The notes under the pieces were generated by a model, which was not told the DNA's origin, searched no databases, and worked only from the letters and a program-made list of their open reading frames with translations. This document shows, piece after piece, positions 8,124 to 17,599 of a stretch of DNA of 64,000 nucleotides. This stretch comes from a virus (Duplodnaviria > Caudoviricetes), in the IMG/VR virus record IMGVR_UViG_3300035208_002098, positions 96,001 through 160,000 of that record; one strand, written 5' to 3'. A program made the position numbers and the translations under genes. Each line of letters begins with the position of its first letter. Positions within the stretch are counted from its first letter, which is position 1.

Positions 8124-8612
8124 TTAAATTATTTTTTTGATTATATTATTTATCAGATTAATTGATTCTTCGGTTATTTCACCACCTTTCTTAATATTCT
8201 TTGTATGATATATGAATCTAAGATTATCGATATGTGCTATAGCTTCAGGTGGTATTTGATTCTTAAACCCGGAATGGATTGGGTATATATGGTCTAAATG
8301 ATATTTTCTAAAACCTCTTTTTTCATGATTCCTTAATATTGTTAAATCGTTTGCCTCTGTCAATAACCATACTTTAATATAATATATTTTTTTAGGTATA
8401 TTTTTAATTGATTTAACTCGATTCTTAATATAAGGGTTTTTCTTTAGTAATATCTGTAATTCCTTTTTTTGTTCTAATTCTTCGGGATTTACTATTATTA
8501 CACTAGCTTCTTTTACAAATTCATTATTACGTCTTACCCAAGTTCCTTTAGGGTCCCATACATATTCACGTTTCCCCTTATAATTTATTGCTCTATATTT
8601 AGTATTATCCAT
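8124..8612 (-). CDS. HNH-like protein
   Basis: YHLDHIYP...NLRFI...N. Confidence 0.7.
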   Translation of the reverse strand: MDNTKYRAINYKGKREYVWDPKGTWVRRNNEFVKEASVIIVNPEELEQKKELQILLKKNPYIKNRVKSIKNIPKKIYYIKVWLLTEANDLTILRNHEKRGFRKYHLDHIYPIHSGFKNQIPPEAIAHIDNLRFIYHTKNIKKGGEITEESINLINNIIKKII

Positions 8613-8814
8613 ACTTATAAATATAGTGTTATTAATTATAATATCAAGGTTTTATCTTATTAGGGTAATCCACTATTACAATATAATCATTTAATGGTTC
8701 AGACCATAGTTTAGTTGCTGGGCAACCATTTATATGACCAGCATTAATTGCTGGGTGCAAACTATTTTTATCTATAATTTTTTTAATTTCAGAAATAGTT
8801 AAATTTTTCATATT

Positions 8815-9507
8815 CTATTTGATTAAATTAGTGATAGCTTCAGCAATTTCAGGTTTACCAATTAATCTTTCAATTGGGTCAGTATCACCATATGTTCGAA
8901 ATAAGTTTAGATTTGTTTTTTCTAATAAATACCCAATGTGTTGATTTTCACGAACCATTTCAACATTATCATTAGCTATAACGGCATCGGAACCACTTTT
9001 ATCCATTGATTCAATAGCTATTGTAAATAATTCATTTAATGTTAAACCAACTTCATATTTAAAACTAACTAAATAAACATTGGGATTCCATTGCTTAATC
9101 ATAGGTAAAACCTTTGGGTTAACTTTAATAGTTTCTCTCATATATTCTATAAAACCTTCTGGGTCATTACTTTTAAGTTTAACCGGTTTAGTTCTATCAA
9201 AACCAAAATCACTAACGGCCATTGCGTGAATAACCACATCCATATTTGGTACTAACTCACTCATTATGGCTACTAGTGAGTTTACATCACTAATCTCATG
9301 ATATCTAATATTTCTATGATTACCATATAAGTTGTATAGTGTTGGTTTACGACTACCCGTTGCATAAACATAATATACTTCATAACCTAACTCATCAAAT
9401 TGTTGTGCTATTTCAGTACTTAAATTACCAGTACTAATATTAGTTAAAACACGAACATCATCAATATGTTCTTTAGTACCACCAGCTGTTATTAAAACTT
9501 TTTTCAT
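8815..9507 (-). CDS. coaB: phosphopantothenate-cysteine ligase
   Basis: VLITAGGTKEHIDDVRVLTNISTG, HAMAVSDF, SFKYE. Confidence 0.88.
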   Translation of the reverse strand: MKKVLITAGGTKEHIDDVRVLTNISTGNLSTEIAQQFDELGYEVYYVYATGSRKPTLYNLYGNHRNIRYHEISDVNSLVAIMSELVPNMDVVIHAMAVSDFGFDRTKPVKLKSNDPEGFIEYMRETIKVNPKVLPMIKQWNPNVYLVSFKYEVGLTLNELFTIAIESMDKSGSDAVIANDNVEMVRENQHIGYLLEKTNLNLFRTYGDTDPIERLIGKPEIAEAITNLIK

Positions 9508-9508
9508 A

Positions 9509-10597
9509 TTATATTTCTTTTGAATTAATTAAATATTGTGTTGGGTCTAATAACCCTTTAGGTTTTGATTCACCTATAAGCCAATCACCATTGTGTAGTG
9601 TATCTTTATCATGTAAAGCTAAATGTAACATACTCATTGGCCTACCTTTATCATGTTTTATTACTGTTCTAACTAAACCAATGGAATCACCAGCTTTAAT
9701 TATATTACCAACTTCTAAATCCTTAAATACCTCAATTTCACCATACACAACAATACCGGAATTACCTCTTGCATAAATAGCTTGTGTGTCATTCCACCAT
9801 GGATAACCAGCAGATGGACCGGTGAAAGCACATATTTCAAGTATTTCACCATCTTCAACTGCTTTAACGATAGCACCATCCGGAGCATATAAATCAACAC
9901 CTTTATGATGGTCGTGTCTTCTACGTACACCTAACGAACCAACGTGTGGGTATATTGGAATATCACATACTTTAGATAAATCAATTTGTCTATTTTCATC
10001 TAAATAATCCAAAAATGAATAAGAGTCATTTGTTGCTATTCGTTTTTTCGAATTTAATGGCCATACCCATTGTTTACTATTATTATATATTTCAAGTGAT
10101 TTACTAACAATATACTCTGGGTCGGGTAATTTACCAATCCCAATAACACCACAAGCTAATAAACCCTCTGTCGCACCAATTATATGATACCCATATGATA
10201 TTAACCCATTAATATTACTTTGAACTATGGGGTTATTATACATCTCAGTATTCATTGCCGGACAAATAATTTTAATTGTATTTTTTGGTATAGCTAAATT
10301 AATTGTTGATACTAAATCATCTGCAATACCATGATAATATTTACCAATAATATTTGCTGTAGCTGGTACAGTTAAAAATATATCACACGATTGAGCTTCT
10401 TCAATATGTGAAATATCGTGTACATTTTCAACAATAAATTTATTAGCTAGTACCCCTACTACAGTTGGTGTTATAAATTTAGTAGCGTTATCCGTCATAA
10501 CAACATGAACTGTGTGGTCACAACCTTTAAATATATTGATAATACTAGCTACTTTATATGCTGCTATACCGCCAGATATGGCAATTAAAACTTTCAT
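9509..10597 (-). CDS. CoaC-like HFCD flavoprotein fused to an M23 peptidase domain
   Basis: SGGIAAYK, PATANIIGK, PAMNTEM, LACG; then HKGVDL and LHLALH; start taken at MKVLIA. Confidence 0.82.
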   Translation of the reverse strand: MKVLIAISGGIAAYKVASIINIFKGCDHTVHVVMTDNATKFITPTVVGVLANKFIVENVHDISHIEEAQSCDIFLTVPATANIIGKYYHGIADDLVSTINLAIPKNTIKIICPAMNTEMYNNPIVQSNINGLISYGYHIIGATEGLLACGVIGIGKLPDPEYIVSKSLEIYNNSKQWVWPLNSKKRIATNDSYSFLDYLDENRQIDLSKVCDIPIYPHVGSLGVRRRHDHHKGVDLYAPDGAIVKAVEDGEILEICAFTGPSAGYPWWNDTQAIYARGNSGIVVYGEIEVFKDLEVGNIIKAGDSIGLVRTVIKHDKGRPMSMLHLALHDKDTLHNGDWLIGESKPKGLLDPTQYLINSKEI

Positions 10598-10602
10598 AAT
10601 TA

Positions 10603-11055
10603 TTACATTAAATAATTTAACACTGACTCCCAATCGGGAAATTTTTCTGTTCCAAAATGAATATGTTCCCATTCAGGGATAAAATGACCTGATTGTGGTA
10701 CATCATCAATAAGATAATTACCCCTAGCAATTGTTTTATCTGGGCATAATATAAGACTATGACACATTTCAAAACCTAAATGTTTCTCAATCCAAACCCG
10801 TTTTTCGGTGTATGATAATGGATTAAGAACTGATGGTTTAGTTAATATATAAACTCTATATTTTGTTTTAAGTTTATTTACACCATCTATGGCACCCGGA
10901 ATAGGTTCTAGATTTTCAAAAAATTTATATTGGCTCTGAGGCAATTTATTTCCGGGATTTTCGTGTAATGCTTTCCAAGCAGCATCTCTAAATTTACATA
11001 TGGTATCGTCCATATCTACATATACAACTTCCCGATTATCAACTTCTTCAATCAT
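10603..11055 (-). CDS. 5'(3')-deoxyribonucleotidase (NT5C, HAD)
   Basis: YVDMDDT, EKRVWIEKH, LIDD. Confidence 0.85.
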   Translation of the reverse strand: MIEEVDNREVVYVDMDDTICKFRDAAWKALHENPGNKLPQSQYKFFENLEPIPGAIDGVNKLKTKYRVYILTKPSVLNPLSYTEKRVWIEKHLGFEMCHSLILCPDKTIARGNYLIDDVPQSGHFIPEWEHIHFGTEKFPDWESVLNYLM

Positions 11056-11269
11056 ATTACGATTTTAATTTTGGAATACCTAATTTATCTCGTAGTTTAA
11101 TTAATTCTCTACGTTCTTTTGCACTAATAGCCATTGCTATTTTTTCTTCATTTGTAGGTTTATCTACGAAGCCTAGATAAGTAAGCATTACTTTATTCAT
11201 AGTTTTTAAATAATTATTTATTATTAAACAAAGATAATAAAAATATTTGAATAAAACAAATATTTACAC

Positions 11270-11500
11270 TTAATTTTTTGTGGAGTATGGTGTTTTATCA
11301 CCGTTTCGTTCTCTATTTAAAATAGCATATTGTCTTTCAGATGCCCAACCATTTTGTTTTTGCATAATTGTATTAAGTATATCTAGTGCATATTTACTAC
11401 TTAATACTTGCCTCCAATATTTTTCAGATTTAATCTCTTTAGAATAAATTGGATTATCAACTAAACCTTCTCTTAATCTATTTTTTATAAATTCTTTCAT
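11270..11500 (-). CDS. small protein with IKxxLRE N-terminal motif
   Basis: MKEFIKNRLREGL. Confidence 0.65.
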   Translation of the reverse strand: MKEFIKNRLREGLVDNPIYSKEIKSEKYWRQVLSSKYALDILNTIMQKQNGWASERQYAILNRERNGDKTPYSTKN

Positions 11501-11759
11501 ATACTATAAATATAATTTAATATAATAAAATAACCTAATAACTAGATTTAATTCCAATTATTAGGCATAATAAATAGATTTTTTTTATTTTTAATCTAAA
11601 TATAAATCAAAATTGTAGATACAAAATGAATCAAACCAAATTCCCCGGTTATACCAAAGATTTAAATCTTCTTTACTACATAATTCCATTTGATTTAAAA
11701 TGAAATCACCTACTTTTTGTAAAATTTTATTTCTTATTTTTATCATAATATTTTATTTA

Positions 11760-12815
11760 TTAATATCCGTAAGTTAATTGTTTTATTTGTGCTTTTTTAA
11801 GTTTAAATTCAACATCTTTAAATGTAAATTTAAAACCATTTTCGATTATACTAAAATTAGTGCATTCGTTATACATATAATATTCATCAAAGTCATCCAA
11901 AACGTCTTTATTATCTTCATTTTTAATTGTGCCACCCCAATAAAAATCTAAATTAAAACTACAATTAATATCTAAAGGGTTAAAGTCATTAAAAATACCA
12001 GAAGTTGTTTTATTTGTTATTAAATGTCTTGCTGTAAAATCAAATGATATAGCTTCACTTTCTAAATTTAAATAAAAGAATAACTCATTAACATTACTTG
12101 AATCATTAAAATTAATTTCTTCTATTATAGCATTTAATACGTCCATATTAACATTACCAAGTATAGTACAAGCTTTTATAGCATTATCGATATGTATTTT
12201 ATTTATTAATTTATCATTTAATATTAAACCAATTTCATCTAATGATAAATCTTTAAAATCTATTTTATAATAAATTCTAGATGGTCTATTTTTTAAAAAA
12301 TAATTAACTCGATTATCAGCATTTGAGGTCATTAAAACTAAAATTTTATTACGCCCCCACCCATCTAATAACGGTAATAAAACTTCCTGATGTTCATTAT
12401 CATAAACTTTCTCAAATTCATCAATAAATAATATAAATTTTTGGCTTATTTCACTAATGAAACCAACAAAATCACCTTCATCATATGCTTTATTCAATAT
12501 AATTATAGGTAATTTAGCTTCATTACATATTAATTTAGCTGTTAATGATTTACCAGAACCTTTTTTACCATTAAGTAAAACACCTAAGTTTTTATCTCTT
12601 TCATAATACCTTTTTAATACTTTATCACAAATTATTTGGCAATTACCATATATTTTAGTAGGCATTTCAAATGTACTAATATCATTCATCATAAGAGAAA
12701 ATTGTTTAGTTAATGGATTTTGTATTACAGTATATATACCTAATGGTAACCCTTTAATAAACTCAGCATCTGCTGAATGTAAACTATAATTTGTACCTTG
12801 TCTTAAAATCTTCAT
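11760..12815 (-). CDS. AAA+ ATPase
   Basis: GKKGSGKS, LFIDEFEK, NRPSR; start taken at MKILRQG because the longer ORF overlaps a tRNA. Confidence 0.85.
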   Translation of the reverse strand: MKILRQGTNYSLHSADAEFIKGLPLGIYTVIQNPLTKQFSLMMNDISTFEMPTKIYGNCQIICDKVLKRYYERDKNLGVLLNGKKGSGKSLTAKLICNEAKLPIIILNKAYDEGDFVGFISEISQKFILFIDEFEKVYDNEHQEVLLPLLDGWGRNKILVLMTSNADNRVNYFLKNRPSRIYYKIDFKDLSLDEIGLILNDKLINKIHIDNAIKACTILGNVNMDVLNAIIEEINFNDSSNVNELFFYLNLESEAISFDFTARHLITNKTTSGIFNDFNPLDINCSFNLDFYWGGTIKNEDNKDVLDDFDEYYMYNECTNFSIIENGFKFTFKDVEFKLKKAQIKQLTYGY

Positions 12816-12841
12816 ACATTTGTTTTTAAAATTAATAAAAG

Positions 12842-12925
12842 TGATGGTAATGGGATTCGAACCAACATACGTCATGACCTTCCGATTAAATGTCGGGTGC
12901 TCTAACCAGACTGAGCTATACCATC
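12842..12925 (-). tRNA. atypical tRNA-Lys(TTT)
   Basis: Loop CATTTAA (A33), extended variable region. Confidence 0.6.
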
Positions 12926-13062
12926 ATAAGTTTTTTAGTTGGTCAGGGCCAACATAGAACCGTATTTACCAAACTAAAAGCCCCACATGTGTCGGATGTG
13001 AACCGGTGGTTTATATTCTTGATTATCGAGCATTTAAAACAACCTAAAACTTTCGCTACGTG

Positions 13063-13189
13063 TGGTGATAATAGGATTTGAACCTATGCCATTATAAAGT
13101 TAATAGAAATCTCAATTAACCATTCAATTTCATCTTTATAACCTAACCTAACTATCGTTAGTGCTCTCACCGGACTGAGCTATACCATC
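13063..13189 (-). ncRNA. tRNA-scaffold RNA with ~50-nt variable-arm domain
   Basis: Normal D and T arms, no 7-nt anticodon loop, TTATAAAG/CTTTATAA stem. Confidence 0.55.
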
Positions 13190-13203
13190 ATTTTTGCCCT
13201 TAA

Positions 13204-13371
13204 GTTGAACACATGAGAGTTCAGTTATTGCCTTGGGACTTTTGGCTATTTAATACTAAATAAATACCCTCATGGACTTAACTACATTACCACTACTCTC
13301 TTTATCTCCTACTTATTTTTAGCTCTTTACCTTTGTAGTAGACTCAAGCCTTATTAAAGTGTACGTTCAAC
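13204..13371 (-). ncRNA. putative structured RNA
   Basis: Ends pair GTTGAAC/GTTCAAC; non-coding, inside the RNA array. Confidence 0.35.
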
Positions 13372-13381
13372 GAACAACCTG

Positions 13382-13476
13382 TGATACTAGATGGACTCGA
13401 ACCAACAACCCCTTGACCTACTTTACACATCATGTATTTCGTTGCAAGTCCTCTACCAATTAAGAGATATAGTACC
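13382..13476 (-). ncRNA. tRNA-scaffold RNA with expanded anticodon arm
   Basis: GGTACTA/TAGTATC acceptor; ~29 nt between CTTG and CAAG. Confidence 0.6.
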
Positions 13477-13518
13477 AAATTAATTTTTTATCTATTCAAT
13501 ATTCCATAATGTCTAAAG

Positions 13519-13590
13519 TGGTGATGGGTGGAATTGAACCACCGACACATGGATTTTCAGTCCATTGCTCTACCCCTGAGCTACATCACC
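13519..13590 (-). tRNA. tRNA-Phe(GAA)
   Basis: Canonical cloverleaf. Confidence 0.93.
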
Positions 13591-13672
13591 ATATTTACCT
13601 CGGTTACAAACCGAGGGTTTTTTCCACGACCAATTATATTATTAATTAACCTTAGAATTTTATTACATCCAG

Positions 13673-13834
13673 TAGAAATGATTGGATTCGAACCAATGAC
13701 CTTCTCACTTATGAGGTGAGTCGTTCTGATTAATATTTCTGACTTCCCTAGAAGTGTTTTACTCTATTAACCCCAAGTTGTGAATCCCATCCCTATTTTA
13801 CTAGAGCCAACTTAGCCACTCAACGTACATTTCT
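13673..13834 (-). tRNA. tRNA(CAT) with ~90-nt D-loop insertion
   Basis: AGAAATG/CATTTCT, D-stem CGTT/AACG enclosing the insert, CTCAC-CTCATAA-GTGAG, perfect T-arm. Confidence 0.75.
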
Positions 13835-13836
13835 AG

Positions 13837-13912
13837 TGGCGATTTACTGAATCGAACAGCAACGGGTATATCTACCAAAGGATTCATGAGGTCCTCGTTT
13901 CCACATATCGCC
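13837..13912 (-). tRNA. atypical tRNA(CAT), truncated D-arm
   Basis: GGCGAT/ATCGCC acceptor, loop CTCATGA. Confidence 0.5.
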
Positions 13913-14010
13913 AAATTTAACAATCTCTTACTTAAAGACAATCCACGAATTCCTAAACTCGCTTCTAAGCCCCTACTACTTCTTAAATTGTTTAATATTA
14001 AAAAATTAAT

Positions 14011-14136
14011 AACAATATTGATTTTTTTACGTGCTCTACCAACTGAGCTATATTATCAATTACTTGATAATAGGTGGGTTCGAACCACCGACCACGAGCT
14101 TAACAGGCTGATTTTAAATTGCTGAAACAATATTTT
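14011..14136 (-). ncRNA. YrlA-like Y RNA with Asn anticodon-loop mimic
   Basis: AATATTG-TTTCAGCAA..AGC-CTGTTAA-GCT, T-arm, loop-closed acceptor TATTATCAA/TTGATAATA, D-arm, CAATATT-GT. Confidence 0.75.
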
Positions 14137-14238
14137 ATATTAATTTAGTTCTATATTGAGGACTCGAACCCACATGTACTCCACTAATAGTAATATTAGT
14201 CAGTATTATAGTACCGTGAGATTTTACCCTCACAGCTT

Positions 14239-14378
14239 AATTAATTAAATGATAGGACTCGAACCTATACTAGACGGGAAACCGGGTTGGGACCTATTAG
14301 GCTGTTCTGATTACCGTGTACATACTATTTTAACCCTCGACCAGCGTGTATTCCAATTCCACCACACTTTAATTAATT
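14239..14378 (-). ncRNA. Leu-like tRNA scaffold with large anticodon-arm insert
   Basis: D-arm GGTGGAATTGGAATACAC, T-arm ATAGG-TTCGAGT-CCTAT, extended acceptor. Confidence 0.55.
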
Positions 14379-14391
14379 GTTTTTTTTTGAT

Positions 14392-14674
14392 TACAGATTC
14401 ATGACTAGTAGTAGACGAAACTACTGTATGTCTTTACGGCTGCCGTAAAACGTGCTTTCGGGCACAAGAGTCTATCCTTGCTAACCAACCCATTGTTTAC
14501 TAAACCCATGTGGTAAAACGAATATTTCTATTCTCCCACTGATTATTCAACCACATCGCCACCGGGCACTACATGCTTTTCTTTTACCGTACTAACATGA
14601 GTATATCGCTATCATATTTCTATGCTTCGCTACCTTAGAACCATTATTTTTTTATATTGCAGTAATGAATCTTT
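14392..14674 (-). ncRNA. long (~280 nt) Y-like RNA
   Basis: AGATTCAT-TACTGCAA ... ATGAATCT-GT terminal module; internal GAAA tetraloop hairpins. Confidence 0.55.
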
Positions 14675-14684
14675 AAATCATTTT

Positions 14685-14841
14685 AAGTAATTATTACGAG
14701 GTGAAGAAGCATATTCTCTTTGAACTATTACCATTCGAGAACCACACGGGTAGCGTGGTGACCAATATTAAACATCATCAGACATTTATTTATATATAGT
14801 CTATTCCTTAATTCTTTCTAAAGCGTGTACCTTAATTACTT
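14685..14841 (-). ncRNA. putative structured RNA
   Basis: Terminal AAGTAATTA/TAATTACTT; internal ACCACG/TGTGGT hairpin. Confidence 0.35.
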
Positions 14842-14850
14842 ATTTCTTTT

Positions 14851-14943
14851 AATTAATCACCAATGGATACTTCTTCTCGCTGCGGTCTTGTCTAAACAAA
14901 ACTAGTGGATACTGAAGATATTACACCATGGTATTGATTAATT
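14851..14943 (-). ncRNA. putative structured RNA
   Basis: Terminal AATTAATCA/TGATTAATT; first unit after boxA. Confidence 0.35.
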
Positions 14944-14980
14944 ATATTTTTATTCTGTCAATGAACTTTGTATTTTTAAT

Positions 14981-15025
14981 TACACTGCAAAGATAAATAT
15001 TATATTTGACATGTGCAAGTAAAAT
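14981..15025 (-). promoter_or_regulatory. Bacteroidota-type promoter of the ncRNA array
   Basis: CTTG...TATCTTTGCAG upstream of boxA; no leader or terminator seen. Confidence 0.65.
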
Positions 15026-15036
15026 CGTATTTATTT

Positions 15037-15894
15037 TTATAAAATGTTAAAATTATAATCAGATACTTTTTCAGGTAATGTTAATCTTTTACATTTTTCA
15101 CCACATCTAAATTTATTCCAAGCCATTACGATATAAGCGTTTACTGATGTTTGGGTTAAATCAAACTCTTTATCCATTTTTTTTCTTATCAATTTATTTC
15201 GTAAAATTGCTATTGGTGAATTAGCCTCTAACATTTCACCTGAAGATAATTTATGGATAAATATATCAGCATCTTCTTTATTAATAAGACTAAATAAATA
15301 ATGAAAACTACTTAAAGTTGTTGCATTACATATAGCATATTTTTTATAATAATGTAAACCAAATGTTATACTACCATCTATATTACCCTCTTCACCTAAT
15401 AAATCATAATATTCTAATATATCTGCATTTGATAAAGTTCTTATAGTACTTCTATTATGTGAGAATAAATTTTTTCGAAAACCAAATATAGTTTTAATTA
15501 CTGCAGCTGTTTGACAATAATTCTTAACACCAGCTATTGCTAACATATCAGCACCGTCACGTTTATCACCAGTATCCATTACTTTAAACGACTCATTATC
15601 TAAACCACGAATAACCGAAAATTTATAAGTTTTATTAGCTTTTACTAATGCAGTTAATCTATGTCGGCCATCAATTAATTCATTATTTTGATTAAATCTA
15701 ATTGGTGAACCATCAAATAACCAATTACCTATTTCCATTTCTTTCACCAAAAAATTAACATTAGTTTTTGATAACGGCCTATTATTATAAGTGTCCGCAT
15801 CTAATATTTCTTTAGCCATTTCTGGTGTTATATCTATTTCTTCATAAATACGCTTTTGGTCATTACTACCTTCTAAAATTTCATTTACTATCAT
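15037..15894 (-). CDS. ParB-like domain protein
   Basis: ITPEMAKEIL..NNRPL..LIDGRHRL. Confidence 0.75.
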   Translation of the reverse strand: MIVNEILEGSNDQKRIYEEIDITPEMAKEILDADTYNNRPLSKTNVNFLVKEMEIGNWLFDGSPIRFNQNNELIDGRHRLTALVKANKTYKFSVIRGLDNESFKVMDTGDKRDGADMLAIAGVKNYCQTAAVIKTIFGFRKNLFSHNRSTIRTLSNADILEYYDLLGEEGNIDGSITFGLHYYKKYAICNATTLSSFHYLFSLINKEDADIFIHKLSSGEMLEANSPIAILRNKLIRKKMDKEFDLTQTSVNAYIVMAWNKFRCGEKCKRLTLPEKVSDYNFNIL

Positions 15895-15960
15895 ATTACA
15901 TTATTTAATTATTTAATAATGCAAAGATAAAAAAAGAATTTGATATATTCAAGTTTTTTA

Positions 15961-16149
15961 CTAAAAATTAAAATAATTTTTAAATAAAATAAAAAGCATT
16001 ACTGTTGTAGCTAATGTTTCCAAAGCATTAACCCATTTCCAAAATAAACCCATATCAGTATTAAATGCTGACCGTACTCCTATTATTAATCTAATATTTA
16101 GGTAAATTAAATTAATAACACCTAGAAAAATTAAAACATTTATTATCAT
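15961..16149 (-). CDS. small membrane protein
   Basis: Two hydrophobic segments. Confidence 0.6.
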   Translation of the reverse strand: MIINVLIFLGVINLIYLNIRLIIGVRSAFNTDMGLFWKWVNALETLATTVMLFILFKNYFNF

Positions 16150-16218
16150 CTTATAAAATTTAAATTAATACTATGCAAATATAAATAAAATAATTAACAT
16201 TACCAAATAATTTAAGAA

Positions 16219-16861
16219 TTATTTCATAACACCTAAAAATTCCTTAGTTTTATTGAACCCTATTAAATTTGCTATATTTTTAAGGATACCAGTTCTACTG
16301 GCTACATTATGTGATTGATACTGACTTATTAAATTAACTATATCAGCTTCCTTATCTCTATTTAAAGCCATTTTATAATCTACTATATCACCAAGACTCA
16401 TAAATAATGACCATTTATAAATGTTGAATCTATTAATATTGAACTAGTTGGTCTAACTTTAACTGTGGCATAATCACCACCAGCCTTCGAAGGGTCCCAA
16501 ATATTAAAAGCTTCTATTATATTTGTTGGCCTGTATGGTACACCACTTTGATATTCTTTGGTTAATCCAGCATATTCCCAATACTTTTGTTCTGGTATTA
16601 CAATGTCTAAATCACCAATAGTAGAGTTTAAATTGAAGAATTCTCTTAATTTAGGGTATAAATATAATCTAGCTGAACCAGCTATAAAATAATTACGTTG
16701 TTTAGGGTCAATACCAAATTTATTGAATACTAATTCATCCGCTTGTTGTAATAACGAATTTAAATTTACATCACCAGATACTTCCTCTTCTAACGTGTTT
16801 AAAAAATCTTTTATTATTATATCTTTATTATATCTTTAGTGTATAACTCAAATAATCTCAT
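16219..16861 (-). pseudogene. frameshifted nucleotidyltransferase-fold gene
   Basis: YFIAGSARL...IGDLDIVI readable, but broken by a TAAAGATATAA duplication and two further frameshifts. Confidence 0.6.
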
Positions 16862-17144
16862 ATTTCCTAATTTTATCTACTTTATCTTTATTATAAATAT
16901 TATCAAAAGTTAATATCTTAAAAGATAACAAAATAAAAAATGGGTGTGGACCTTTTAAAAATAAAAAATTATATGCTGACCATTTAGCTTTTAAATAATA
17001 TTTTTCTTGTAACATATCAGGTAATAAATCTTCATTCTCATCAACATACTTCCAGTCATAGGTCATACATACATTATTAACCCTTTTCATGAAGAAGTAG
17101 AATTCGAATATTCTTACTAATATTATTATAACTAAAATTATCAT
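16848..17144 (-). CDS. hypothetical membrane-anchored protein
   Basis: N-terminal hydrophobic helix. Confidence 0.6.
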   Translation of the reverse strand: MIILVIIILVRIFEFYFFMKRVNNVCMTYDWKYVDENEDLLPDMLQEKYYLKAKWSAYNFLFLKGPHPFFILLSFKILTFDNIYNKDKVDKIRKYEII

Positions 17145-17276
17145 ATCTATAAATATTTAATACAAATATACAAATAATATTTTAATAAACAAAATAAATA
17201 CCATAAAAAAGCTCATTAGAGCTCATATTAAATCTTTTATGAGCTCTAATAGGTGAGAAAATGAGCTTAATTTGTG

Positions 17277-17351
17277 TGGAAGTCATGGGTATCGAACCCA
17301 CCTCACTCTGATTGCAAATCAAAATCGCCTTGCCTTGGTTCATGCACCCCC
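17277..17351 (-). tRNA. tRNA-Cys(GCA), divergent
   Basis: Loop TTGCAA, T-arm GTGGG-TTCGATA-CCCAT. Confidence 0.75.
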
Positions 17352-17354
17352 AGT

Positions 17355-17449
17355 TACAGGTTAGTTATTTTTTGACGGATTTGAACCGTCTAGCATTTGA
17401 GTTTGAATCAATTGTTTTAACCATTTAGTTTTTGCTGAAACTAACCTTT
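17355..17449 (-). ncRNA. Y-like RNA carrying a Leu(CAA) anticodon arm and T-arm
   Basis: AGGTTAGT-TTCAGCAA..TTGA-TTCAAAC-TCAA..GACGG-TTCAAAT-CCGTC..ACTAACCT-GT. Confidence 0.7.
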
Positions 17450-17520
17450 AGTTTAATTATTATTTTGTATACATATATGTTTACTTATTTACATTTTTGT
17501 AAACATATGTGATGACTTTG

Positions 17521-17594
17521 TGGAGCCAATGGGACTTGAACCCACAACCTCTTCCGTGCAAGGGAAGTATTCTAGCCAATTGAAATATGACCCC
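17521..17594 (-). tRNA. tRNA-Ala(TGC)
   Basis: G3:U70, CTTCC-CTTGCAC-GGAAG. Confidence 0.93.
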
Positions 17595-17599
17595 ATTAT

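Noticed and set aside
12890-14125. Plus-strand ORFs 12890, 13528 and 13886
   Set aside because: Antisense to the RNA array.
14770-14800. Hammerhead ribozyme core CTGATGA on the minus strand
   Set aside because: No correctly placed GAAA and stem II.
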